A DNA stretch of 64,000 nt from IMG/VR virus record IMGVR_UViG_3300012979_001162, positions 32,001-96,000 of that record; one strand, written 5' to 3'. Source of the DNA: a virus. Lineage: Duplodnaviria > Caudoviricetes. Shown piece after piece: positions 19,160 through 26,979 of this stretch. How positions within the stretch are numbered: the stretch's first letter is position 1; every line of letters starts with the position of its first letter. Made by a program: the position numbers and the translations under genes. The notes beneath the pieces were generated by a model. The model ran no database searches and was not told where the DNA came from. It saw only the letters and a program-made list of their open reading frames with translations.

Positions 19160-19612
19160 TTACATTTCAATCTTCAAATTCTTTCGCTTCTGATCCGGTC
19201 TCCAAACATATATCCATTTGTTTGCATTAAATTCAAATGTGTTGTCGCTAGTATCGTACTCTACAACACTCGCATCCATTTTTACTAAAACCTTATCTGG
19301 TTTCATACCATATCGCTTCAACCATTTCTTATTAATTCTTTTCTTGTTATGCCATCGTGCCTGAACCATTATCGGCACATAATATTGCATAACAAAACTT
19401 TTTGGATGCCACATATCTTCCAACATTTCTTTCGTAATAAAAGTTGTATCTATTGGAAGAGTAGGCTCTGCATCAAATTTACATCTTAATGCGTTTTCTG
19501 TACTTGCCGATAACTCATAACACATAGACATAGAGGAGCCATCTGAAAGTTTCACAAAATCTTTATCATTATCTAGATAATACAATGTTCCACCATTAAT
19601 TTGATTTATCAT
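19160..19612 (-). CDS. Hypothetical protein
   Basis: Start MINQI after AGGAG. Confidence 0.55.
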   Translation of the reverse strand: MINQINGGTLYYLDNDKDFVKLSDGSSMSMCYELSASTENALRCKFDAEPTLPIDTTFITKEMLEDMWHPKSFVMQYYVPIMVQARWHNKKRINKKWLKRYGMKPDKVLVKMDASVVEYDTSDNTFEFNANKWIYVWRPDQKRKNLKIEM

Positions 19613-19763
19613 TCTCCTTCTCCTTAATATAATTTTCCATTTCGCCAATCAGACCCACGATACCCTGAAAATCTGATGCCAAGTTATCAAACCCAATCTT
19701 TTTAAAATACTCAGCCTTCTGTTGGTATTTTTCTTTCTGTTCGTTTAAATACTCAATTGTCAT
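19596..19763 (-). CDS. Small hypothetical protein (55 aa, not in ORF track)
   Basis: MTIEYLNEQKEKYQQKAEYFKKIGFDNL...; overlaps both neighbours. Confidence 0.5.
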   Translation of the reverse strand: MTIEYLNEQKEKYQQKAEYFKKIGFDNLASDFQGIVGLIGEMENYIKEKENDKSN

Positions 19764-20023
19764 TCTTCTTCTCCTATCTCATATGTAGTATAACATTGGT
19801 CACAAATTCGATCTCCATTATTGAGCTTGATGTACGTATTTGTTATCCATTCTTCACATACAGCGCACTGGTAAGTCTCAACATAATCTCCTTGGCAACG
19901 TGGGCATCCACTCACCGTTTCGGAACACGGCGTTCCCCAATACTCTCCACGGCCTTCGTGCCACACGGCAACTTCGTCTTCATCAAAGATGTATCCACAA
20001 TCAAGACAAATAAATTTACTCAT
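19760..20023 (-). CDS. Zn-finger hypothetical protein
   Basis: Four CxxC pairs; start MSKFIC after GAAAGGA. Confidence 0.6.
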   Translation of the reverse strand: MSKFICLDCGYIFDEDEVAVWHEGRGEYWGTPCSETVSGCPRCQGDYVETYQCAVCEEWITNTYIKLNNGDRICDQCYTTYEIGEEE

Positions 20024-20041
20024 ACGTTTTCCTTTCTGTAT

Positions 20042-20123
20042 AATCATTTTGTTGTGTATTTATTATATACCCACATCAAATTATTGTCAACACCTTTATG
20101 TAAACATTTACAATTTGTTAACA
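20042..20123 (-). promoter_or_regulatory. Modular promoter (WalR-type repeat, TTGACA/TATAAT, operator)
   Basis: TGTTAA-N5-TGTAAA 20107-20123; motif 20042-20057. Confidence 0.78.
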
Positions 20124-20149
20124 AATAAAGGCATAACCTAAGCTATACC

Positions 20150-20929
20150 CTATAATTTAGCAGTGTAAGTTAAACAGATAAAACCGGCGCCACTCAACAG
20201 CTTGCCCCACACCTCGTTGCCAACAACTACCTCGCTCACTATCGTATAAACCTCATTTCTTTTTACCGTAGTTACTATTGGATAATTCGTTCCTGCACCC
20301 TTTCTTACGTTTAATACATCTGTTGTAACCCTTACTAAATATCTTGTACTTTGCCCCAAGATTGATGCAACAAGATTCCTAAATTGGTCCATAGTTTTGC
20401 CGTGAATAGTAAACCAATGGTCGCAATCTGCGTGATTGGAAGCATACCCTTTCTTATGTGCTTCGGCGTGGCTTACTATTGATGATGGCTGTAAGTTAAA
20501 CTTCTTACAAAGCATAGCACAGTATTCCGCTGCTACTCTGTACACTTCGTTGAAATATTCTTCATTCCACAGATTATCTTCGCATAACTCAATCTGAATA
20601 TGACCAGTTGGATTGTAATTATAACTACCATACTTTCCACTGCCGCACCCCCAACAAGCGTAGTTGTATGGAAGTATGTTTGCCACTCTTACTTGATAGT
20701 TTTTATCATACCCTATAAAACTATGCACGCACATTTCACCAATCTTGCTGGACGGATTGTTCCAATGGTTGTTATACCAATTAATGCCACACTCGGATTT
20801 ACAGTCTACATACCTTTTTAAGTTCGGATTGTTTGCCCCGGTGCTATGTAGTACAATCCCTACTGGTGTCATAGGTTGCTTTGCTTTATAGCAATCATTT
20901 TTAGTTGCGTAAGCCGTAATAATGTCCAT
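20150..20929 (-). CDS. N-acetylmuramoyl-L-alanine amidase (Amidase_2) with SH3b domain
   Basis: IVLHST, VHSFIG, IELCED, SHAE...NHADC; LNVRKGAGTNY...WGKLLSGAG. Confidence 0.9.
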   Translation of the reverse strand: MDIITAYATKNDCYKAKQPMTPVGIVLHSTGANNPNLKRYVDCKSECGINWYNNHWNNPSSKIGEMCVHSFIGYDKNYQVRVANILPYNYACWGCGSGKYGSYNYNPTGHIQIELCEDNLWNEEYFNEVYRVAAEYCAMLCKKFNLQPSSIVSHAEAHKKGYASNHADCDHWFTIHGKTMDQFRNLVASILGQSTRYLVRVTTDVLNVRKGAGTNYPIVTTVKRNEVYTIVSEVVVGNEVWGKLLSGAGFICLTYTAKL

Positions 20930-20950
20930 AAAAAAAATCAACTCCTCTAT

Positions 20951-21019
20951 AATCATTTTGTATTGCTACAATTTAATTATAAAGGAATTGATTGTTTTTG
21001 TCAAATCATTTTGTATTGT
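20951..21019 (-). promoter_or_regulatory. Sigma-A promoter of the amidase flanked by two operator motifs
   Basis: TTGACA-17-TATAAT 20976-21004; motifs at 20951-20966 and 21004-21019. Confidence 0.75.
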
Positions 21020-21021
21020 AA

Positions 21022-21669
21022 TTACTTTTTGTCGGCAAACAACCAACGGTAGCAGTTCGCTTTAGTCAACCACGATATTCCAAAGAACGCAAGTGCGATA
21101 GTTTCAACGAGCCATACCCCGCCCCACCAATTAAAGATGCTAATCGGAATGATAGCCAAAAACGATACCACCATACCAATTCCACAGACGCGGAAAATCA
21201 CATTTCTTTTCTTTTTGTTTTCCGTCATATTGCCACTACTCTTTGTGAATAAAAAAATCGAGTTATAAGCAAGCAAACCAAAGAAACCAATAGCGCACAC
21301 ATTATGCAACATTCCACTTACAAACGGTGTGAGCTGAAATGTTCCAACATGAGTAAGTTCTGCCAATTCGGGCCATCTAACAACCAAGTCCTTTGTGCCA
21401 CACGAAAACAAGCAAATTCCGAAAGCAAATAGTCCGGCGATGGAACATATGATATCATCCTGTCTATCATATCCAGTGTAACTAAGCAAAAACATTCCTG
21501 CTGATCCAAGGATAATCATAAACGGAACAATACAAGTTGGAAGGTAATATGTTGCTGAGATAGAGTCTGGTAGACCATAACCGTAAATAAAGCTCATGCA
21601 TAGTACAATCAACGGCAATAACATACCGAGCTTTCCAATAGTACATCTAAGTTGTCTTGTGTCAATCAT
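21022..21669 (-). CDS. Multi-pass membrane protein (DUF998-like)
   Basis: About six hydrophobic segments; SISATYY, LHNVCA, E in last TM. Confidence 0.65.
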   Translation of the reverse strand: MIDTRQLRCTIGKLGMLLPLIVLCMSFIYGYGLPDSISATYYLPTCIVPFMIILGSAGMFLLSYTGYDRQDDIICSIAGLFAFGICLFSCGTKDLVVRWPELAELTHVGTFQLTPFVSGMLHNVCAIGFFGLLAYNSIFLFTKSSGNMTENKKKRNVIFRVCGIGMVVSFLAIIPISIFNWWGGVWLVETIALAFFGISWLTKANCYRWLFADKK

Positions 21670-21673
21670 AAAA

Positions 21674-21793
21674 TCACTCCTTATTTAAATTTCTAAGTCG
21701 TCTTTCTAACTTCGCTATTATTTTTCCATTGTCTCTCTTACGAGACTGGAGGAGCGTAATGCGATTCTTAAGTGCGAGTTCATTGTTGTTCAT
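21674..21793 (-). CDS. Small basic protein (39 aa, not in ORF track)
   Basis: MNNNELALKNRITLLQSRKRDNGKIIAKLERRLRNLNKE; AAAGGAG RBS. Confidence 0.55.
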   Translation of the reverse strand: MNNNELALKNRITLLQSRKRDNGKIIAKLERRLRNLNKE

Positions 21794-21813
21794 AGTTTTT
21801 CTCCTTTGTTTAA

Positions 21814-22905
21814 CTATATTATTTGATTATTCTGCAAATTGGATTGGTTATCATTTAAAGAGTTGTACCATTCTATAAAATCATCTATTTGCTTTTTTAC
21901 TTTTTCTGACTTCACAGGGTTAATCCACGGTATTCTGTATATTACAAATCCATTTGCGGTTAATCTTTTATCTCGTAGTGTATCATGTTCTTTTCTCTCT
22001 TCGTATTGATGCTGCTTCCCATCAATCTCAAGATCAATATATCCATCGATTAAAAAATCTAAAAAATAGCATCCTTGCTCATCAATGCCTATATCTGTTT
22101 TCTTGAGAGTATATTCTGGTTCATATTGTAGTTTATTATTTGTTAACACTCTCTCCCAAAATAACTCGGCATAACTACGAATCTTTCTTGTTTTCCATCC
22201 AATGTGTTTGCCCTCGTCAATCAATCTTTTCTGAACTTCTGTTCCGATTTTAGATCTTTTGGCATGAGAGACTTCGGATGTAGTAACATAAGATTCACCG
22301 AATTCATTTCTTAAGTCATTTATGGTTTTATCGTGTTGCTTAAGGTGGCTAGCATTAATGTTTGCTAGTCTGACATTACAATAAGGGCAAACAACAAAGT
22401 CAACACCTTCAACTTTGTCTAATGTGTAATGTTTTAAATTTCTATACGTTATCACACCTTGCACGTATAAATCTTTTGTACCGTTCGCATATTCATTGAA
22501 ATTTATACGCACATCACATTCATTTTGCTGTTTTTCAGTTTGTTGAGCATATCTTTCCCTCAAGGAATTTGATATTTTAATTTTACTTTCGGAAGTATGT
22601 ATGCGTCCTTTGTTGTTGTGTTTTGCAGCACAACTACTGCCGCAAAATCGTTTTCTTTGATAATCTGCAAAGCTATTTTTTGCACTAATTGGAATTAATT
22701 TTCCACACTCTTCACAACACTTCGTTACAATTTCTCTTTTATGGTTACATTGCTTGGCAACACCAATCGCTCGTTTCGGCATGTCATGCTCAAAGCCACA
22801 TATAGTACACTTAACATGATACATTTTATGACCGTCATTCGATTTATAGCCGCAAAGATACAATACCTTATGAATGCCTATAACCGTTCCTATGATATCA
22901 TCCAT
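21814..22905 (-). CDS. Putative homing endonuclease, Vsr/DUF559-like core with Zn fingers
   Basis: Start MDDIIG after GGAGGG; LDFL...LEIDGKQH...HDTLRD...GFVIYRIPW. Confidence 0.75.
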   Translation of the reverse strand: MDDIIGTVIGIHKVLYLCGYKSNDGHKMYHVKCTICGFEHDMPKRAIGVAKQCNHKREIVTKCCEECGKLIPISAKNSFADYQRKRFCGSSCAAKHNNKGRIHTSESKIKISNSLRERYAQQTEKQQNECDVRINFNEYANGTKDLYVQGVITYRNLKHYTLDKVEGVDFVVCPYCNVRLANINASHLKQHDKTINDLRNEFGESYVTTSEVSHAKRSKIGTEVQKRLIDEGKHIGWKTRKIRSYAELFWERVLTNNKLQYEPEYTLKKTDIGIDEQGCYFLDFLIDGYIDLEIDGKQHQYEERKEHDTLRDKRLTANGFVIYRIPWINPVKSEKVKKQIDDFIEWYNSLNDNQSNLQNNQII

Positions 22906-22933
22906 ATATTCCCTCCAATCATTTGTTTTGTTA

Positions 22934-23007
22934 TGGTACCAGATGTTAGTACTGCCCTGATCCTCGAAACCCCAAATTTCGCATGCTTCTTTCACACCCC
23001 ATCTGAT
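22934..23007 (-). tRNA. tRNA-Pro(UGG)-like with atypical T arm
   Basis: ATCAGATG/CATCTGGT acceptor, ACCA end, CGAAA-TTTGGGG-TTTCG anticodon arm; T loop reads GGCAGTA. Confidence 0.5.
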
Positions 23008-23060
23008 ATTTTGTAAGTTCTTAATTATAGGGAAAGAACTGTGACTGTAAGAAAACCATT

Positions 23061-23152
23061 TGGCTGGGAAGATGGGATTTGAACCCATGTAGGGAACTTC
23101 TTCCTTTGTGCCAGAGTCAAAGTCTGGTGCCTTACCGCTTGGCGACTTCCCA
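23061..23152 (-). tRNA. tRNA-Gln(UUG) with long variable arm
   Basis: TGGGAAG/CTTCCCA-GCCA, CCAGA-CTTTGAC-TCTGG, ATGGG-TTCAAAT-CCCAT; 22-nt variable region. Confidence 0.85.
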
Positions 23153-23240
23153 ATATCGAAGGGCGATTTTTAACTCTTTCGAGAGGCCAATCGCCGTAGC
23201 CTAGCAAATCGTATATACGATCAGCCGATTCATTATAAGA

Positions 23241-23336
23241 TGGCGGAAGACTTCGGACTTGAACCGAAACGCCGAATGACTTCGACTACTCATTGATTAG
23301 CAATCAACTGCCTTACCAAATTAGGCTTAGCCTTCC
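23241..23336 (-). tRNA. tRNA-Ser(GCU)
   Basis: GGAAGGC/GTCTTCC-GCCA, GTTGA-TTGCTAA-TCAAT, long variable arm, TTCAAGT T loop. Confidence 0.9.
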
Positions 23337-23357
23337 ATAAGTACTCCAACAACCGCT

Positions 23358-23879
23358 ATTGATAAGTAGCGATACGGTGATTTACCCTGATCCGCAACAG
23401 CAACACTACACAACCCGACCTTTTATGTGTCGTATATCGGGTAACGACTATCTCTGTTGTTGGCTTTATTGCACCATCCGTGAAAACGAATGGAGGAACC
23501 TTTACCACGACTAGTGGGTAGGCATTGTGGCTGGACTTACATCTCGGTGAGAAGGCCCTTCCACCCCAATCCGATAGGCTGTTCAACTCTCTCCATTTAC
23601 TACAGCTTCTTACAACGCTACTAAATACTTCGTTTGCAACCTCCATAATTAGCACTTCGTAGCACCTATCTCGCATATAAACCCTTGATTCGCTTATAAA
23701 GCAGGTTCAAGAAACCCTAACGAAATCGCACCGCAGGACGTAATACGAAATCTCAACTCTTCCCACACAAGGATGGGCGAGCAATGACTACTATCCCGAC
23801 ATACGAACCAGCTTTACACTTATTCGTGTCCGTTTTTGTTGTTTGCATAACCGCTCAGCACGGCATTGTGCTTATCAAT
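23358..23879 (-). ncRNA. Candidate large structured ncRNA (about 520 nt)
   Basis: 9-bp terminal helix ATTGATAAG/CTTATCAAT, many internal hairpins, H-type pseudoknot; no credible ORF; strand inferred from flanking tRNAs. Confidence 0.6.
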
Positions 23880-23889
23880 GTCTTGGCAC

Positions 23890-24420
23890 ATTTGAATAGT
23901 AGTAGTGTGAGAGAAAATTATGGGGAACATCCCCATACGAACGTAAAATTCGCATCCCAAGGTACTTCGTGTTGACGAAGCAACTACTAGCCTTGGAGAC
24001 GCTACGGCTCACTCTAAAAATCTCGTTTATTTCACAAGTTGTCATCTTGTTATTTCCACTACCAACGACAAAGATTTCTGCCGTTTCACAATTCCACCCT
24101 GGGACACTTACGCCGTAGCAGAGGTGCGGGTGGTCAATTTTTGACAACTTAATGTTGTCTACCAGTTGCATTTAGCAACGCAGGGGGTTTCGCCTATTTC
24201 GTTTTTCATAGCAAGCCTACATACGACCTCATCTTGCATTTCCTACCGGACTTCGGTTTACTGCAGACACCGAAGTGGACTCGTATGCTTCCAATGGCTT
24301 TCTTTCCAGCCTAGACCAAGTTCATCTTACACTTGGAGAATTTGTCATCATTTTATCCAACTTTTGATGATGACCCAAAAGCTCGTTGCGTTCATCTATG
24401 GGTTAGACTACTTGTCGCTA
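23890..24420 (-). ncRNA. Candidate large structured ncRNA (about 530 nt)
   Basis: Dense nested helices (GCTACGGC/GCCGTAGC, ACTTCGGT/ACCGAAGT, GTCATCAT/ATGATGAC, CCAAGG/CCTTGG); ends approximate. Confidence 0.6.
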
Positions 24421-24472
24421 TAACAATACCCTCCTCATAAGTATCTTATAGAAGCAACCCCAAATGGCGCTT

Positions 24473-24548
24473 TGGTGCAGAAGGTAAGATTCAAACTTAC
24501 GAATACTAGTTTTTTATCACTAGTGCTTTCCAACTAAGCTACTTCTGC
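24473..24548 (-). tRNA. tRNA-like element with 8-nt anticodon loop (GATAAAAA); possibly Ile-derived or pseudo-tRNA
   Basis: GCAGAAG/CTTCTGC-ACCA, D arm, CTAGT/ACTAG, GTAAG-TTTGAAT-CTTAC. Confidence 0.6.
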
Positions 24549-24857
24549 GCATGCCCCACACTTAACGTTAACAGGCTCCTACTGACCAGTGGGCTACGGC
24601 TATGACATTACTTCATTCTGCTTCGAAGGGGCATTTGTTATCCGCATTTCCTTACGGGCAAGACCGGCTTCAAACAAATGAGCTCTCAACTTCTCAAGAG
24701 TTTCTTTTAAATAATGGCTCGGCTCGTCACCCATTCCGTATGGGTCGCTTTATATGCCATTATGCCTTCTTACTTGCGCTCCATTTTCGTACATCGCTAT
24801 TCGACACGGTTGATACTCTTTTTTCATCAGTGGGATCACAACTTAACTAATCTGGTT

Positions 24858-24940
24858 TGGCAGGGGAGCGGCGACTCGAACACCGATAGCCTTTCGGCAC
24901 AGTTTTGGAGACTGCTGTCTTACCATTAGACGACTCCCCT
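24858..24940 (-). tRNA. tRNA-Trp(CCA) with extra variable stem-loop
   Basis: AGGGGAG/CTCCCCT-GCCA, GCAGT-CTCCAAA-ACTGT, variable GCC-GAAA-GGC, CGGTG-TTCGAGT-CGCCG. Confidence 0.85.
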
Positions 24941-25020
24941 ATGTAAGAGACTTCTAAAACCTACAAGGAAACTCCGTCTCGATGTTTTTTATACAGGAGG
25001 TACTCGTATGATGTAACGAG

Positions 25021-25097
25021 TGGTGATCACACTGGCATTCGAAGCCAGACTGGATGCGTTCTAAGCACATTGCCTCTACCTGTTGGGCTATGCGGTC
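25021..25097 (-). tRNA. tRNA-Leu(UAG) with short variable loop
   Basis: GACCGCA/TGTGATC-ACCA, ATGTG-CTTAGAA-CGCAT, 5-nt variable loop, CTGGC-TTCGAAT-GCCAG. Confidence 0.8.
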
Positions 25098-25108
25098 ATA
25101 ATTGGCAC

Positions 25109-25822
25109 TCAAACTTGAATGCCATATACAGAAAACCACGTCTGATGTGATTTTCTATGTTTTGTTGATGGAGGTTCTTTGAGCATAGCAGAGATAAGCT
25201 CTTTTGTTTTGTTTACTCCGTACTCTCGTACGGATTTGTTGATAGTATTTATGCCTAATCCCAATTTTTGGGCCCACTGTTGTCCTGTTAATACTTCACT
25301 CTCAACTTCAATCCAATTGACCTTGCCTGCTCTTCTAGAATTTTCCTCCAACGGAATCCATCGACAGTTACTGGGGGAATAGTCTACGTCGGGATCAATT
25401 CTATCTATGGTTAGAAATTCTTCGTACCCATTGTTCAAAGCCCACTTTTCAAATTTACCAGGGTTATCCAACCACTCTTGACACACTTTAATACCCTTTT
25501 CCCCATACCACCTATAGTTTTTGTCATTTGGATTATAGCATCGAACAATGATGCCTCTGAAGATCTTACCAAGACGACTATTCTCCCATTTATGCCTATT
25601 AATAATGTACTCTCCGTTAGTTCTTAAGTGGGTGCATTTATTTGATAGTTTGCTTGGTGCAGAAACCCCACTATATGTAAATTCTGTTTCAAAACCACAT
25701 TCGTTGCATACACATTTATAAATTCGATGTCTGTACTTATCGGTTTTATCTGTTATATCTGCTATTGTATAGATTCCGTGCACTTCTCCAATGTGAGATC
25801 TTGGATCAAATTTTTCTACCAT
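25109..25822 (-). CDS. HNH-type homing endonuclease
   Basis: RCYNP...YG.KGIKVC.EW...LTIDRID...YSPSNCRW. Confidence 0.85.
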   Translation of the reverse strand: MVEKFDPRSHIGEVHGIYTIADITDKTDKYRHRIYKCVCNECGFETEFTYSGVSAPSKLSNKCTHLRTNGEYIINRHKWENSRLGKIFRGIIVRCYNPNDKNYRWYGEKGIKVCQEWLDNPGKFEKWALNNGYEEFLTIDRIDPDVDYSPSNCRWIPLEENSRRAGKVNWIEVESEVLTGQQWAQKLGLGINTINKSVREYGVNKTKELISAMLKEPPSTKHRKSHQTWFSVYGIQV

Positions 25823-25839
25823 AATATTATGTCCTTACT

Positions 25840-25923
25840 AATCATGCTGTATTGTGTACTAATTATACCACAATCATTTTGTATTGTCAATATATTTCCG
25901 TAATCGTTTACAATCTATTTACA
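25840..25923 (-). promoter_or_regulatory. Modular promoter of the tRNA/ncRNA operon, operator inside the -35/-10 spacer
   Basis: Repeat 25907-25923; TTGACA-ATACAAAATGATTGTGG-TATAAT; second motif at 25840. Confidence 0.82.
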
Positions 25924-26085
25924 TTTACTCTTTTTCTCCGCATCTCGACGCTTAACTTCTTTTAAAAAGCAATCCCAACTGCAAGTATATTCTCCCGCAA
26001 TCAAACAACAAGTATCTACCGTTACCTTAAATGTCTTGCTGCAAACCGGACAAACCACCATATCCCCTATTTTGCTAGGCTTCAT
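25915..26085 (-). CDS. Small Zn-finger protein
   Basis: CPVC...CSWDC; start MKPSK. Confidence 0.5.
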   Translation of the reverse strand: MKPSKIGDMVVCPVCSKTFKVTVDTCCLIAGEYTCSWDCFLKEVKRRDAEKKSKCK

Positions 26086-26098
26086 CGTTATATACCCC

Positions 26099-26425
26099 TT
26101 AAACATCTGTAGCCTCATTTTGAGCATCGCACCAATATGCCATTGCAATTTCGGTAAGGTGCTCTATGGCAGTATGAAATGCGTCAACTCTTCCTTCATA
26201 GAAATCGTCTCCGTATTCCGCAAGTAGTTCATTTCTTGCTATCTCGGAATGCATTTTGGTTTTAAATTTCGCAACAATCTCACGAGCGACCTCGCTCTTT
26301 GGTACAACGTCGGCGGTCGGTAAATCCTCTATCATCTTAATTGCCTTGGCTTGTTTAAACGCAACATTATAAGGGTATTTAACGATAACGTCCACCGCTT
26401 CGCTCTTTTTGATAAATTCGTCCAT
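26099..26425 (-). CDS. Hypothetical phage protein (PTADV motif)
   Basis: Start MDEFIKK. Confidence 0.55.
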   Translation of the reverse strand: MDEFIKKSEAVDVIVKYPYNVAFKQAKAIKMIEDLPTADVVPKSEVAREIVAKFKTKMHSEIARNELLAEYGDDFYEGRVDAFHTAIEHLTEIAMAYWCDAQNEATDV

Positions 26426-26426
26426 A

Positions 26427-26573
26427 TCATTTTCCTTTCTCTCCAATATAATGGTCTTTCTGTCCCAAAAGGCACATTGTTGCTTTTTTGGACGACAGGC
26501 AACAAATAAAGTTAATGCCGTTTTCCGATATAATAGCTCGACTGTTCGCACAAGTAATACATTTTCCGCTCAT
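26427..26573 (-). CDS. Small Cys-rich protein (48 aa, not in ORF track)
   Basis: MSGKCITCANSRAIISENG...; fills the gap between neighbours. Confidence 0.5.
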   Translation of the reverse strand: MSGKCITCANSRAIISENGINFICCLSSKKATMCLLGQKDHYIGEKGK

Positions 26574-26574
26574 A

Positions 26575-26979
26575 TCACTCACCGCCTTTCATCTTCGGAA
26601 CTTCGGGAAGTGGCATCCAATGGGTGACAGACTCGGCTATGCTGTATAAGTAAAAGCCGTGACTTTTGTTATAATCAAGAACAGCTATTGTGGTTAGATT
26701 TTCAAAAAGCTGATGCGATACCTTAATACAAACCAAATATCGCCCATTTTCCTCAGGTAACCTCTCGTCAACGCTTATCCACTCGCCACCTTCTTCGTAA
26801 TTGTACGAAATTGGTTCGCTCTGCTTGCGATAGTCGTTTGCAATAATCACATTAGCCATACATTCAAAACAGCAGGGCTCATCGCCAATATCAAGTGCTT
26901 TATTGCATTGTTCACAACTGCCGTATTCTTTGTAAAAAGGGCATATATCACTTATGATTTTTTGTTTCTGCTCATTCAT
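26575..26979 (-). CDS. DUF551-domain protein
   Basis: WISVDERLPE...VTHWMPLPE. Confidence 0.8.
   Translation of the reverse strand: MNEQKQKIISDICPFYKEYGSCEQCNKALDIGDEPCCFECMANVIIANDYRKQSEPISYNYEEGGEWISVDERLPEENGRYLVCIKVSHQLFENLTTIAVLDYNKSHGFYLYSIAESVTHWMPLPEVPKMKGGE

Noticed and set aside
23340-24850. tmRNA, RNase P RNA or hammerhead ribozyme
   Set aside because: No Ala-tRNA-like ends or tag ORF, no GAGGAAAGTCC core, and no correctly arranged CTGATGA/GAAA core found by eye
25021-25097. Amber suppressor tRNA or TAG recoding
   Set aside because: The anticodon on the coding strand is UAG (Leu), not CUA; TAG ends ordinary genes (7915, 20150, 21814, 50722, 58072, 63631) and long genes are uninterrupted
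23025-25139. ORF-track proteins in the tRNA cluster (23025-23207, 23356-23676, 23875-24171, 24166-24423, 24602-24850 and others)
   Set aside because: No RBS, atypical composition, and they overlap tRNAs or strongly paired sequence
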